A DNA stretch of 64,000 bases from contig JAPDFW010000078.1 in NCBI GenBank assembly GCA_028826165.1, forward strand, positions 310,001-374,000, given 5' to 3'. Positions within the stretch are counted from its first letter, which is position 1. The number at the start of each line of letters is the position of its first letter. The notes below the pieces were generated by a model. It did not search any database. It was not told the DNA's origin and saw only the letters and a program-made list of their open reading frames with translations. This DNA comes from Anaeramoeba ignava BMAN. Lineage: Eukaryota; Protista; Anaeramoebae. This document shows positions 24,577 to 37,734 of the stretch, piece by piece. A program made the translations under genes and the position numbers.

Positions 24577-27519
24577 TTAAATTATTTTCTGATTTAAAAC
24601 TTGTAAATGTTGATGATCACCAAATCTCAAGTTATCAAACCAAAAAACATTATACCAATCAACAAGATAATTAATTTTAAAAAATTGGAGAGAATTTCTA
24701 TAGGCAGAACCAAGACTAAAGGGGTTATGGAAGCGAGAATTTTTAAGAAAATGGGAATATCTTCTACGATTGAGCATTTCATTAGTTGTGATATTTTGGA
24801 TAATGAACCAAGAATGCTGAAGCCAAAGAGCGATGACCCAACCAAGTATCAAATTATTGAGGATCCAAATGGCGAGAAGCCAGGAATCGTTGAGATAGCA
24901 ATTATAGAAAAAGAGGAACAAATTGGAAAAAGAGAAGGATTCTGTTTTGTTGTTTTGAACAAGTGTGTCCAAGACTATAAAAGTGAATATACCGCATGAA
25001 ACAACAACCGAAACAAGGAAGTAATAGAAGTAGGTGTGATTGTTATGTCCAACCCCGTTGATTGTCCAAGGGCAGAAATGATCAAATCGCGCAATGCAAC
25101 GGTTTGTTGTTGAGTCGTGTTTGGAACGCAACGGACGAAATATTCGGCAAGTTTCGCAGAATTTGTCTTCTAGAAAAACGCTGTCGTATTTTGAATAGAT
25201 GGAGTTTTTTGTCACCAATTCTTCTGGTTCAAGGCTTGGAGTTTGTAAGATTCCTGGATCGCGAGTGATTGATATGTGATAGAAATAGAATAAACAAAAG
25301 GAGGAGATTGACAGGATTACTATAGTTATTGGAAATTTTTTGTAAGAATGTATTTAAGGAATTATGTCAAGAAAAAAAAAATTTTTTTTTTGGGAATTTT
25401 TTTTGGCATTTTTTTTTTGATAATCAAAGGATATTTGGTAATACTCGGAAAAAAAGTGTGGAATAAATTAAAAAAAGAACTGAAAAAGCAATCGAAATTG
25501 AAGAAGGATCAACATGAAAATAATTTGCTGATGTTCTCAAATTGGCGATGAAATTGCGGATCAGAAAAGGAAACAGAAACAGATTCAACAGGAAAGGCAG
25601 GTACGCGAAAGAGATGTTCATCGCAAGCAAGAACATGAAAGGGACGAACATAAAGAAAGTTTTCATTGGAATAACACCAAATTGTTTTGATCTTGAGACG
25701 ACTTCATTTTTTTGCAGAAAAACCATTACATCTGCATTTTCCTCATTTCCACTTTCCAATGCGCAATCATAAGGGGTAGAATTATAATTATCACGAATAG
25801 AAAGATCAGCTAATTTTTGAATTAAATAACCGATGATTTCGCGGTGATCCAAAAGTGCTCCCCAATGTAGAGGAGTGCAACCATCGGAGTCTTGAAGATT
25901 AATATTTGCTCCATTAGAAACGAAGTATCTAAGCACTCTAGTATTCCCCTTTATAGCAGCCCAATGAGAAGCTGAATTGAAATTTTAAATCAAAAAAAAA
26001 TTTAGAACTTTTTTTTTTGGATTAGCAAAAAAAAAAATAAAAGAAATGAAAAATTTACGTGTTCTTGATTCAACATCAAGTTCATCAACTGAAACACCAT
26101 TGGAAACTAAGCAATGACAAGCAAGAGGATGATTTTCTTGAGCAGCAAGATGGATTGCAGAGTATCCTTGTGCATCGTGTTTGAATGGATCAGCCTCGTT
26201 CTTGATGAGGAATTGAAGAACGCGAGAAGAGCCTTTAAAAGCAGCAATATGAAGTGGAGTTTGTTTTAAAAATCCACTTTCGAAATCGACGATGGCACCT
26301 TTTGAGATGAGAAGAGAAGCGCCATCGAGGTCATCAAGAAATGCGCAATAATGAAGTGGTGTGAAGCCTTATAATTTACAAAATGAATTTACAAAATGAA
26401 TTTCAATTTCAATTTCAAAATGAATTTTAATTTTAATTTCAAAATTAATTTCAATTTCAATTTCAAAATGAATTTCAAAATGAATTTTAATTTTAATTTG
26501 AATTTGAATTTGAATTTTAATTTCAATTTCAATTTCAAAATGAATTTTAATTTTCAAAATGAATTTTAATTTTATTTCAAAATGAATTTCAATTTTAATT
26601 TTAATTTTCAAAATGAATTTTAATTTTAATTTTAATTTCAAAATGAATTTTAATTTTAATTTTAATTTGAATTTTAATTTCAATTTTAATTTTAATTTTA
26701 ATTTCAATTTTAATTTCAATTTCAAAATGAATTTTAATTTTAATTTTAATTTTAATTTCAAATTCAAAATGAATTTCAATTTCAATTTTAATTTTAATTT
26801 CAAATTCAAAATGAATTTCAATTTCAATTTTAATTTTAGTTTCAATTTCAAAATGAATTTCAAAATGAATTTTAATTTTAATTTTAATTTGAATTTTAAT
26901 TTCAAAATGAATTTCAAAATGAATTTGAATTTTAATTTTAATTTCAAATTCAAAATGAATTTCAATTTTAATTTCAATTTTAATTTCAATTTCAAAATGA
27001 ATTTTAATTTCAAAATGAATTTTAATTTCAAAATTAATTCCAAAATGAATTTTAATTTCAAAATGAATTTTAATTTCAAAATGAATTTCAAAATGAATTT
27101 TAATTTCAAAATGAATTTTAATTTCAAAATGAATTTTAATTTCAATTTCAATTTTAATTTCAATTTCGAAATGAATTTTAATTTCAAAATGAATTTCAAT
27201 TTTAATTTCAATTTTAATTTTAGTTTTAATTTTAATTTTAATTTTAATTTTAATTTTAATTTCAATTTCAATTTCAATTTTAATTTGAATTTCAAAATGA
27301 ATTTTAATTTTAATTTTAATTTCAAAATGAATTTTAATTTCAAAATGAATTTTAATTCCAAAATGAATTCCAACCATCTTTATCTTGTTCATTCGGATTT
27401 TGTCCTTTTTCTAAAATTTGAATAAGTGTTTGTGTATCTTTTTTTATTATTATTGAGAAAATATCCGATTGAATATTTTCATTTTTTTCAATATTTTCAT
27501 TATCACTTAAATTAAACAT
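24577..27519 (-). CDS. Ankyrin-repeat DHHC palmitoyltransferase (AKR1/ZDHHC13/17-like); exons 27519-27375, 26367-26059, 25971-25435, 25349-24577
   Basis: N-terminal ankyrin repeats (DGFTPLHY, KQTPLHIAA, RTPSHWAA, GCTPLHWG), TM helices, DPG, FCETC.I.RPLRSKH...NRCIARFDHFCPW, NITTNE. Two GT-AG introns and one AT-AC intron restore a single frame. Confidence 0.93.
25350..25434 (-). other. U12-type (minor spliceosome) AT-AC intron, 85 nt
   Basis: 5' end ATATCCTTTG, 3' end ...TTTCTTGACATAATTCCTTAAATAC; removal restores the frame (RVLPN|SYKKFP...DPG). I found no nearby frame-compatible GT-AG pair. Confidence 0.88.
26380..27370. repeat. Intronic hexamer-phased microsatellite (AAAATG/AATTTT/AATTTC) in DHHC intron 1
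   Basis: Inside intron 26368-27374; explains the LKLK/IKIH/NFNF ORFs. Confidence 0.9.
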
Positions 27520-27623
27520 AATTTTGTTTTATTTTTGTTTTAAAAAAAGAAAGAAAAAAAAAATGAAAAAAATTTTTTTTAATTTTTCAATTTATTTTTT
27601 CATTTTTTTTTCACTTTCTTTTA

Positions 27624-30600
27624 ATGTCAATTAAATTCCAAAAACAATTTTGTGCTATTGAAAAACCAATTCAACATACTTTTTTAATTGTTTGTGAAGT
27701 TGAAAATGAAAATATTGAAGTTATTTGCATTTTTTCATCAAAAGAATTTTCGAAGTTTTTAGAAGAAAATGAAAAAGAATTGGAAGAAAAAATACAGAAA
27801 ATATTTTTAACGGAAAAAACAAAAACCAATAAGAAACAAAAGGAAGGGTTTTTATATTTAAGAGAAGAGAATTGGCGAAGTGTTTTTGCAACAAAAAAGT
27901 TAAAAGAGCTTAAAAAAGCAGAATTTATTGAAAAAATAGAAAGAAATATTCCTAAGAACTTTAAGAATGAAACAAATGCTCCGAATTTAATTGATTTTTT
28001 GGGTGAAGAAGTTTCTCCAAATGAAATGTTTTTTAATTTGATGTTAAAAGAAGTTGTTCTTGAAGACGAGTTTAAATTTTCTGTTGATGTTTCGGAGGTT
28101 ACTGGAAAAGAGATTATTGGTTCTGTTCCTGGTGTTTTATTTTTGAAATCTGGTGATTTGTATTTATCAATCAAAGATGAGAATTGGGCGCATTTTTATT
28201 GGGATATAGAGATATTTGATGTAATTGAGAAGAACAGAATTTAACTTACAATTTAAAATTAAAATCAATAATTAAAATTTAAAATCAAAATTTGAAATTA
28301 AAATCAATAATTAATAATTAAATTTGAAATTAAATATAAATCAAAATCAATAATTAAATTTAAAATCAATAATTAAATTTAAAATTAAATATAAATCTAA
28401 ATATAAATCTAAATCAAAATCTAAATCTAAATCTAAATTAAAATCTAAATATAAATATAAATCTAAATCAAAATATAAATATAAATATAAATATAAATAT
28501 AAATATAAATTAAAATCAAAATTAAAATCAAAATTAAAATCAAAATTAAAATCAAAATTAAATATAAATCTAAATCTAAATCTAAATTAAAATCAAAATT
28601 AAAATCAAAATTAAAATCAAAATCAAAATCAAAATCAAAATCTAAATATAAATCTAAATCTATGCAAATCTAAATCTAAATCTAAATCTAAATCTAAATT
28701 AAAATATAAATATAAATCAAAATCTAAATCAAAATCAAAATCAAAATCTAAATTAAAATCAAAATTAAAATCAAAATTAAAATCAAAATTAAAATCAAAA
28801 TTAAAATCAAAATTAAAATCAAAATTAAAATATAAATCTAAATCTAAAATCAAAAATATAAATCAAAATTAAAATCAAAATTAAAATCAAAATCAAAATC
28901 AAAATCAAAATCAAAATCAAAATCAAAATCAAAATCTAAATCAAAAATAAAAATCAAAATAAAAAATCTAAATATAAATCTAAATCAAAATCTAAATATA
29001 AATCTAAATCAAAAAAAATCTAAATCTAAAATAAATCAAAATCTAAAATATAAATCAAAAATCTAAATATAAATCAAATCAAATCAAAAATCTAAATCTA
29101 AATATAAATATAAATATAAATATAAATATAAATATAAATATAAATATAAATATAAATATAAATATAAATATAAATAAAATCAAAATATAAATAAAATATA
29201 AATATAAATATAAATATAAATATAAATCAAAAATCAAAATCAAAAATCAAAATCAAAATCAAAATATAAAAATATAAAATCAAAATCAAAATCTAAATCA
29301 AAATCTAAATCAAAATCAAAATCAAAATCAAAATCAAAATATAAATCAAAATCAAAATCAAAATCAAAATCAAAATCTAAATATAAATCTAAATCAAAAT
29401 CAAAATCAAAATCAAAATCAAAATCAAAATCAAAATCAAAATCTAAATCTAAATATAAATATAAATCTAAATCTAAATCTAAATCTAAATATAAATCAAA
29501 ATCAAAATCTAAATCTAAATAAAATATAAATATAAATATAAATCAATTTTAAATATAAAATCAATATAAAAATATAAAATAAAAATATAAATAAATTTAT
29601 AATCAAAATCAAAATCTAAATCTAAATCTAAATCAAAATCTAAATCAAAATATAAATATAAATATAAATCAATTTATAAAATCAAAAACAAAATCTAAAT
29701 CTAAATCTAAATCTAAATCTAAATCTAAATCTAAATATAAATCTAAATCAAAATCAAAATCAAAATCAAAATCAAAATCAAAATCAAAATCAAAATCTAA
29801 ATCTAAATCTAAATCTAAATCTAAATCAAAATCTAAATCTAAATCAAAATCTAAATCAAAATCTAAATATAAATCTAAATCAAAATCAAAATCAAAATCA
29901 AAATCAAAATCAAAATCAAAATCAAAATTCAAAATCAAAAATCTAAATATAAATATAAATCTAAATTCAAAATCAAAAATCAAAAATCTAAATTAAAAAA
30001 TCAAAATCAAAATATAAATAAAATCAAAATCAAAATCAAAATCAAAATCTAAATATAAATATAAATATAAATATAAATAAAAATCAAAATCTAAATCTAA
30101 AATCTAAATATAAATATAAATCAAAATCAAAATCTAAATCAAAATCAAAATCAAAATCAAAATCAAAATCAAAATCAAAATCAAAATCAAAATCAAAATC
30201 AAAATCAAAATCAAAATCAAAATTAAAATTAAAATCAAAATATAAATAAATCAAAATATAAATCAATTTTAAAATTAAAATCAATTTATAAAATCTAAAA
30301 AATCAAAATCAAAATCTAAATCTAAATATAAATATAAATATAAATCAATTTATAAAATAAAAATCAAAATATAAATCAATTTATAAAATATAAATAAATT
30401 TATAATCAAAATCAATTTATATAAAATTTAAGATGGATGAAAAGGAACAAGGAGTCTTATACCATATAGAATGGAACAACCAAACAAAATGGAAAGTTTT
30501 TTTCCAAAACCAAATTTTAGCAGGAGTCGCAAACTCAATCACAACCATCCGCCAAAAACAATCCGAAAATTTCAAAACAGAATTATCCTCCCCAGAAATC

Positions 30601-32979
30601 CCCAACCACAAAATCGAGTTCGACAAAATGGATCTGGGAGACTTCATTGACATCAAGGATTCAAATATGGAAAACATGCTGAACACATACACAGAAGAGT
30701 TTCCAGAAGAAATCGAAATTGCGCCGGAATGGAAGCGACTTGTGCAGAACTATTTCATCCGACAGCACGCAGACTTCGACGTTGAATGCCAGTCAAAAAT
30801 CACGAACGGAAACGCGATCCTCGAGCTGAACGCACACACATTCTGCATATCGATAGTGGGTGTGTACACAGCAACATGGAGATACGGGGGAAAGGATCGA
30901 GCGCGGATGCAGATTTCACGGAAAAACCCAAGAGAACTGCAGCTGGACGCGGAGCGCGGGATGGTTTTCGGGCTGACCACAAAGAAGCCCAGCGAGTCGT
31001 ATGTGATGATGAAAACCTTCGAGATGTTCATGGGGTTTCATGGAAGATTTCCAGAAGCACATAGAATAAAGGGGGATATTTTGGGAATAAAGGAAGAAGT
31101 AGTTGCGATTGCATACCGCAGCTGGGCACTGGGGTCTGCCGTGTTCCACTGCACAACAGTCCCAAGCGTGACAGAGAATATCTTGGTCACACTCCGCATG
31201 GACAAGACGTATTTGGCGGTGCTTTCAAAAGACCATCCGCCGCTGTATTTTGTGTGGAATGAAGGATGCATAAGTTACAAAAAACACCCCCAAAATGAAA
31301 AATTTTTCACCATTTCCATAAATACGGTTTCTGTGAATAAAGCGCTGTTTCTGCTTGCTGGAGACAGGGTGCATCGGGACTTGATCTGCACAACGCTGGA
31401 TATCTTCTCGAAATCGCGGCTGTCAACCTCCTTTACAACGCTTATCAGTAGTCCTCACACTTCGCGCTCGCAGACATCGTTCAAAACAGTGGATCTCCAA
31501 GACAACCCGCGACAACAGAAATCCAAACTTGCGCTTTCTCTGGATAACGTGTCTTCGCTTGCGTCTGCGCGGATTCTCGTCGATCCTGTGCTCCACCGTT
31601 GGGACACGTTCGGAGAGCACTTCACATCGCCTTTGCTCAAGGAAAACTTCGCCATTATGCCGCCAGCCAAAAAACCCCGTCCCCAACAGCTCCAAACAAC
31701 ATACAACTATGTGCCGTATTACGAGCAGGACAGATACGAGGACGCGCACCATCCTGTGGCTTCCTTCCGCGCACAAATAACCTCAACACTCGACAAAAAT
31801 CTTGGAACCGTTATCGTTCTCCTTTTTGAGGACCACTTCGCAGTCGCCGCTGAAGACGACAAGATCATCCGCTTCTTTTCTCCCTTTGCTCGCGTCTTCA
31901 TAGACAAGAACAATTCGCGCAAATGCAGGCTCGTTCTCGACGAGATCTGGTACGTTGTGCTTGTTTTTGAGACTGAGAAAAAGGTCAAGAAATTCGCATC
32001 ACTTCTCCACTCGTTCAAGGAAAGCTACATCTTCGCCGATCTCGACGTGGCCCAACGACCACAAGCAACGCGAGCAAGTTGCAACTTCCTCACCTTCAAC
32101 GAAAGCGTAGCTGGAGAGGTTGTGTTGCACTACGACCACTTCGAGATCAACACAACCCTCGATTCATTCACAGAAATGTACCGAATCGACCACCAAATCT
32201 CCCGCCACCCCACAATCAGCCTCGCTCTCGAACTCTCCCTCCGTCCAGGCGCCACTCTGACAATGTGCTTCCCTTACGCCTCCCACGCTCAGCTCTTCAA
32301 ACAGGTTTTCATGGACAACCGTTTCCGTTTACTTTCCCAAACAGTCGGCAAAAAACCGCCGGCAGAATTCCCAGTTGTTCTCCAAAATTTGCCGGACAGA
32401 ACAGACGTTATAAAGTCCCGAATTGTCGTCTCTCAATCCCGTCTTAGTCTTTGGCACGACACAAATATTCTCGAGGTCTACCGTTGCGCAGACTGCGTAA
32501 TCTTCGATAACTACGGTCTAGAAATCAAGATCCAACTTCCCTCCTTCGCTGCCTATCTCGCAACTTTCAACAACAAAAATGCAAAATCCTCCTTCGTTTC
32601 CCGCGCAAAATCCTCGGGCATCGGTCTCTACTTCAAACCAGACGCCTCTCACTTCCGCATAGTAAAAGTAGACTCCAAAAAATCAGAAGAACAAGGCACT
32701 CTTTCATTCGATGAGAAAATGATCACACTCATCATCCTCGGCAAACCTTTCTCAAACCGCATCATCGAGACAGAGCTCTTTGTTCATCCTGCAAATCCTC
32801 GTCTTCTCCAAGTCCTCTTTATTGGCAAGGAATCCTTCGTTATCTTTTTCAAAAACAACGATAGCAAACTAAGAATGATCCAAAACTTTTCTGCTACAAA
32901 ACTTAAATTGATGAAACAATTCGAGAAGAAGGTTGGTTTTGAAGAATTTGCTATTGAAGATCCTGATTTTAAAAATTAA
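27624..32979 (+). CDS. Uncharacterised ~1047-aa protein with several tandem PH-like modules (exons 27624-28220 and 30433-32979)
   Basis: Phase-0 intron 28221-30432 (GTAATT...TTAAG) joins the 206-aa and 848-aa ORFs. Recurrent ~95-aa beta-rich units each ending in a helix. The PH-like assignment is pattern-based. Confidence 0.75.
28255..30425 (+). repeat. Intronic (AAAATC/AAATCT/AAATAT)n microsatellite
   Basis: Fills the 2.2-kb intron; reverse complement of the 15.2-17.7 kb repeat family. Confidence 0.9.
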
Positions 32980-33156
32980 ATTAAAAAATTTTTTGGATTG
33001 CTTTAATGATTTCTTGTTTTTGAATCAATCCAAAAGAAAAAGTGAAAAAAAAAAAAAAAGAATAAATGCGAATTTCTTTTTGGTTTTCTTGAAAAATTAA
33101 AATTAAAATTAAAATTAAAATTAAAATTTGATTTTGAATTTGATTTTGATTTAAAA

Positions 33157-36082
33157 TTATTGATTCAACTGAGATTGAATAGCTTCATATAGTACTTCCC
33201 AATCAGATGTTCGATCAAATATTTTCAAAACGAAACTATTTGGAACAGAAATTGTCAAAACATTTCTTTGATTCACAAACTCATGCCCAATTTTCAGATC
33301 TTTTGTAATTTGAACTCGAAGAATTTGCTGCTTGCTTTTGTAAACACTCAAAATCTCAGAATCAGTATAAATAAGTGCCTTCGCATCAATCTCGGTAACA
33401 GGGCTCGTCCGACTAAACAACCTCAAATTGATTTTCTTAATCAACTGCTTCTGCTTTTCTTGCATTTCCTCGATCTGCTTCGTAGTAATAGTAACTGTTG
33501 TTGTCAAATTCCGACTCAACAATCGAGAAATTTGTATCGTTTTTTCTGGTTGCAAAAATTCTTTTTCTGAAGTTTGGTATGTAAACTCTTGTATCATATC
33601 ATGATTCCAGATGAAATTTGGCTATTTTTTTATTTTTATTTATATTTATATTTTTTTTATTTATATTTATATTTTTGATATTTATATTTACATGCTTGTG
33701 AATTAATTTAAAATAGAAGAAAATATTCAGAATAAGATTAACTTCTTCAATTTTTTTTGGTGATAGAATGATTCTTTGCGGTTTTGTTTTCTCCTAAAAA
33801 AAAGAAAAAAAATTTATAAGAAAAAAAATTTATAAGAAAAAAATTTGAAATTACATGAACTTCCAAAAGAATATATGCATTGTTTTGCTTATTAATAAGC
33901 ATAGAAGAGGTTTCATATTTAAAAAACAAATCAACCTCGCCATCATTCAGCTTAATAAAACTATCAGTAAGAGTCAAAGCTCCATGTCGATGCTCAGCAA
34001 AAATCAACACATGAGTTTTAAAGAATCGCGAAGCAATCACAGAATTCAAAACTTGCTCAATCTTTTCCCGAGTTGGATGTTGCACTTGATTCACGTTTTG
34101 GAACAAGTCCATGTTCAAATTCAGCTGCATATCCCCGTTCTCATGTGATAGGATACGAAGCACAGATGCTGTGTTAGGAAGTTTGCAATGTAATGATACT
34201 AATGATAATAGGAAATCCCGTGTTTGTGTACTTGTGCATTCAAACTCACAAAAATCTTGGTTTGTTGGATGAATCCGCATTCTTCTCGGATTCATAACAT
34301 TTCGATAAAGCTTTTTTTTATTTTAAAAAAAATTATTTGATTTAATTTATTTTTTAACTTGAAAGATTCTTTTTCTTTTTCTTTTTCTTTTTTCTTACCA
34401 TCCAATTAAATGAAAATTGGAATTCTATTGGTTTGTTACTATCTGTATAAACAATCTGCATTGATTTTTGATCCAATTTGATTGTAACATGGAAAATTGC
34501 ATCATTTTCAACTAATATAATTGGATATTCAGATTCTTTTTGTGTCCATTGATAAATCACCATCGAAAACAAGAAATCAGATTCTTTATAATTTTAATTT
34601 TCAAAATGAATTTTAATTTTCAAAATGAATTTTAATTTTATAAAAGAATTTTAATTTTATAAAAGAATTTTAATTTTATAAAAGAATTTTATAAATGAAT
34701 TTTAATTTTTAATTTTAATTTCAAAATGAATTTTAATTTTATAAAAGAATTTTAATTTTAATTTTAATTTTAATTTTAATTTTAATTTTAATTTTAATTT
34801 TAATTTTAATTTTAATTTTAATTTTAATTTTAATTTTGATTTTAATTTTAATTTTCATTTTGAAATGAATTTAAATTATAATTTTAATTTTAATTTTAAT
34901 TTTGATTTTAATTTTAATTTTAATTTTAATTTTAATTTTAATTTTAATTTTAATTTTAATATTAATATTAATTTTAATTTTAAATTACCTGAAAGTAAAG
35001 TCGGAAATTTAATTTCATCAAAATGTTGTAGTTTTTGATTAGCAATATTACAAGCTGTTATAATTTGGAAAAATTCAAAAATTAAATCTCGATTTCTGGG
35101 TGTTAGGAAATTCAATTTTTGTCCAAGATTTGTTGAACTTTTGATAAAAAGAATCGAATTATCTTCTTTTTGAGCTACAAAATCTTCTTTATGATATCCA
35201 AATTTGAAATTTGATTTTGATTTTGAAATGATTTTGAATTTGTTTCGTGAAAAAACAATTTGTGCATCAATCCAATCATTTCCACTCAAAATTTTACACT
35301 TTTTTTTATAATTTTAATTTTAATTTTAATTTTAATTTAAATTTTAATTTTAATTTTAATATTAATTTTAATTTCAATATTAATTTTCATATTAATTTTA
35401 ATTTCAATATTAATTTTCATTTTAATTTTAATTTTAATTTTAATTTTAATTTTAATTTTGATTTTAATTTTATAAATGAGTTTTAATTTTAAAATGAATT
35501 TTAATTTTAAATGGAATTTTAATTTTAATTTTAATTTTAATTTTAATTTTAATTTTAATTTTAATTTTAATTTTAATTTTAATTTTAATTTTAATTTTAA
35601 TTTTAATTTTAATTTTAATTTTAATTTTAATTTTCAAAATGAATTTTAATTTTAAAATGAATTTTAATTTTATAAATGAATTTTAATTTTAATTTTAATT
35701 TTAATTTTAATTTTATAAATGAATTTTAATTTTGATTTTAATTAATTTTAATTATTTTAATTTATGTTTTAATTTTATAAATGAATTTTAATTAATTTTC
35801 ATTTTAAAATGAATTTAAATTTTAATTGGAATTTTATATTTTGTTTGCAAAATAAAGTTCCAAAAAAAAAACTATTAAAAAAAAATTAAAAAAAAAATAA
35901 TAATTAAAATTTACATTCGCAAACCATTTAGAAAGTAATAATAATCGATGAAGAGTTGAAATAAACTTTTGGTTTCCAGTTTTATCAGATTGAGATCTTT
36001 GGAATGACATTAAACCATATAAAATATGTGAAACATGATTACTTCTTTCTGTAAATTCAAAAGGATCGAAAGTTTGATCCAT
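33157..36082 (-). CDS. Uncharacterised ~561-aa protein with tandem PH-like modules; exons 36082-35915, 35298-34989, 34583-34399, 34310-33855, 33793-33692, 33621-33157
   Basis: Five GT-AG introns give one continuous frame linking five track ORFs; module ends such as LNFLTPRNRDLIFEFF and FECTSTQTRDFLLSLV. Confidence 0.8.
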
Positions 36083-36539
36083 TTTATTAAGAATTTTAAT
36101 TCAAAATTTTGTGTAAAAAAAAAAAGGAGTGTGAAAAAGAAATTAATTCAAATAAAAGAAGCAAAAGGAAAAAAATGAAAAAAAAAAATTTAAAAAAAAA
36201 AATTAAAATTAAAATTTAAATTTTTAAAAGGAAAAAAAAATTATTTTTATTAAATTAACGTTTCTTGTTTGGGGGTTTTTTATTTAAAAAATTTATTTTT
36301 CTTTTTCTTTTTTTTTTCTTTTTATTATTTCTAAAAATTTTTTATTATAAATTTCTTCAAATCTAAAACTTGAAATTAAAATTTTAATACCAAAAAAAAA
36401 GAGAAAACAAATTAAACTTCTTCTTTTAATGTACAAAAATGAAGGATAGCTATTTTAATTATCTTCTTGTTCTTATTACAAAAAAATTCTAAAAGAAAAG
36501 AATTAAAAATTTTTCATTCAATTTTTTCAACATCAAATT

Positions 36540-37080
36540 TGAAACAAAAAAAGCAAATTCATAAAAATTCTTTTAAATCAATACAATTAATTTATTTCTA
36601 AATTTAAAACTGGAATTAATTCAATTCAATTCCCACAAAAATTCTTTTCTCTTAAATCAATACAATTAATTTATTTATTTCGGAATTTAAAACAGGAATT
36701 AATTCAATTTCCTAAATCATTTCTCATAGAAATCCTGTTCTCTTAAATAAATACAATTAATTAATAAATTTTGGAATTTCAAATGTGAATTAATTCAATT
36801 CATTTTCCCACAAAAATTCTTTTCTCTTAAATCAATATAATTAATAATTCAAATGTGAAAACAAAAAGGAAAAATGAAATTTGATTTCCTAAATCATTTC
36901 TGATAAAAATTCTTTTCTCTTAAATCAATACAATTAATTCATTTTGGGATTTAAAACAGGAATTAATTCAATTCAATTCAATTTCCTAAATCATTTCCCA
37001 CAAAAATTCTTTTCTCTTAAATCAATATAATTAATAATTTAGATGTGAAAACAAAAAGGAAAAATGAAATTTGATTTCTA
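36540..37080. repeat. Imperfect tandem repeat, about 6 units of 75-95 bp (core AAAATTCTTTTCTCTTAAATCAATACAATTAAT)
   Basis: Core recurs at about 36563, 36638, 36729, 36813, 36906, 37003. Confidence 0.8.
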
Positions 37081-37159
37081 AAAAACTCTTCAAAAAAAAA
37101 TGGAAAAATGAAAAATGGAGGAATTGGAATTATCTATCAAATAGCAAGAGGAAATAATT

Positions 37160-37595
37160 TCAAAAAGGATTTATTATTAATATTAAATTATTGTTATTAA
37201 AAATAAAGAAATAAATTTGAAACAAAAATTAAATAAAAATTTAACTTAATTTTTAATAATAATTAATTTATTATTTTGTAATAAAATTAATTAAGAAATA
37301 ATTTATAAAAAGGATTTATTATTAATATTAAATTAATATTATTAAAAATAAAGAAATAAATTTGAAACAAAAATTAGATAAAAATTTAATTTAATTTTTA
37401 ATAATAATTAATTTATTATTTTGCAATAAAATTAATTAAGAAATGATTTAAAAAAGAATTTATTATTAATATTAAATTAATATTATTAAAAATAAAGAAA
37501 TAAATTTGAAACAAAAATTAGATAAAAATTTTATTTAATTTTTAATAATAATTAATTTAATATTTTGCAATAAAATTAATCAAGAAATGATTTTA
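37160..37595. repeat. Three tandem copies of a ~144-bp AT-rich unit
   Basis: AAAAAG(G/A)ATTTATTATTAATATTAAATT at about 37162, 37307, 37451. Confidence 0.85.
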
Positions 37596-37734
37596 AAACT
37601 TTTATTCATTTTTTTTCATTTTTTTTTTGTTTTTTTTTTCTAAATTAAAAAAATAAAAAGAAAAAAAAAGAAAAAATCAAATAAAAATTTTAAAAACAAA
37701 ATTATAAAAAAAAATAAAGAGAAAATGTTAATTA

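Noticed and set aside
25342-25343. Alternative AC acceptor at a more canonical distance from TTCCTTAA
   Set aside because: Shifts the frame and hits TAA within a few codons.
26369-27425. Three overlapping low-complexity ORFs (LKLK, IKIH, NFNF)
   Set aside because: Microsatellite within DHHC intron 1.
30417-32447. Many short antisense and alternate-frame ORFs
   Set aside because: Shadows of the GC-richer 848-codon exon.
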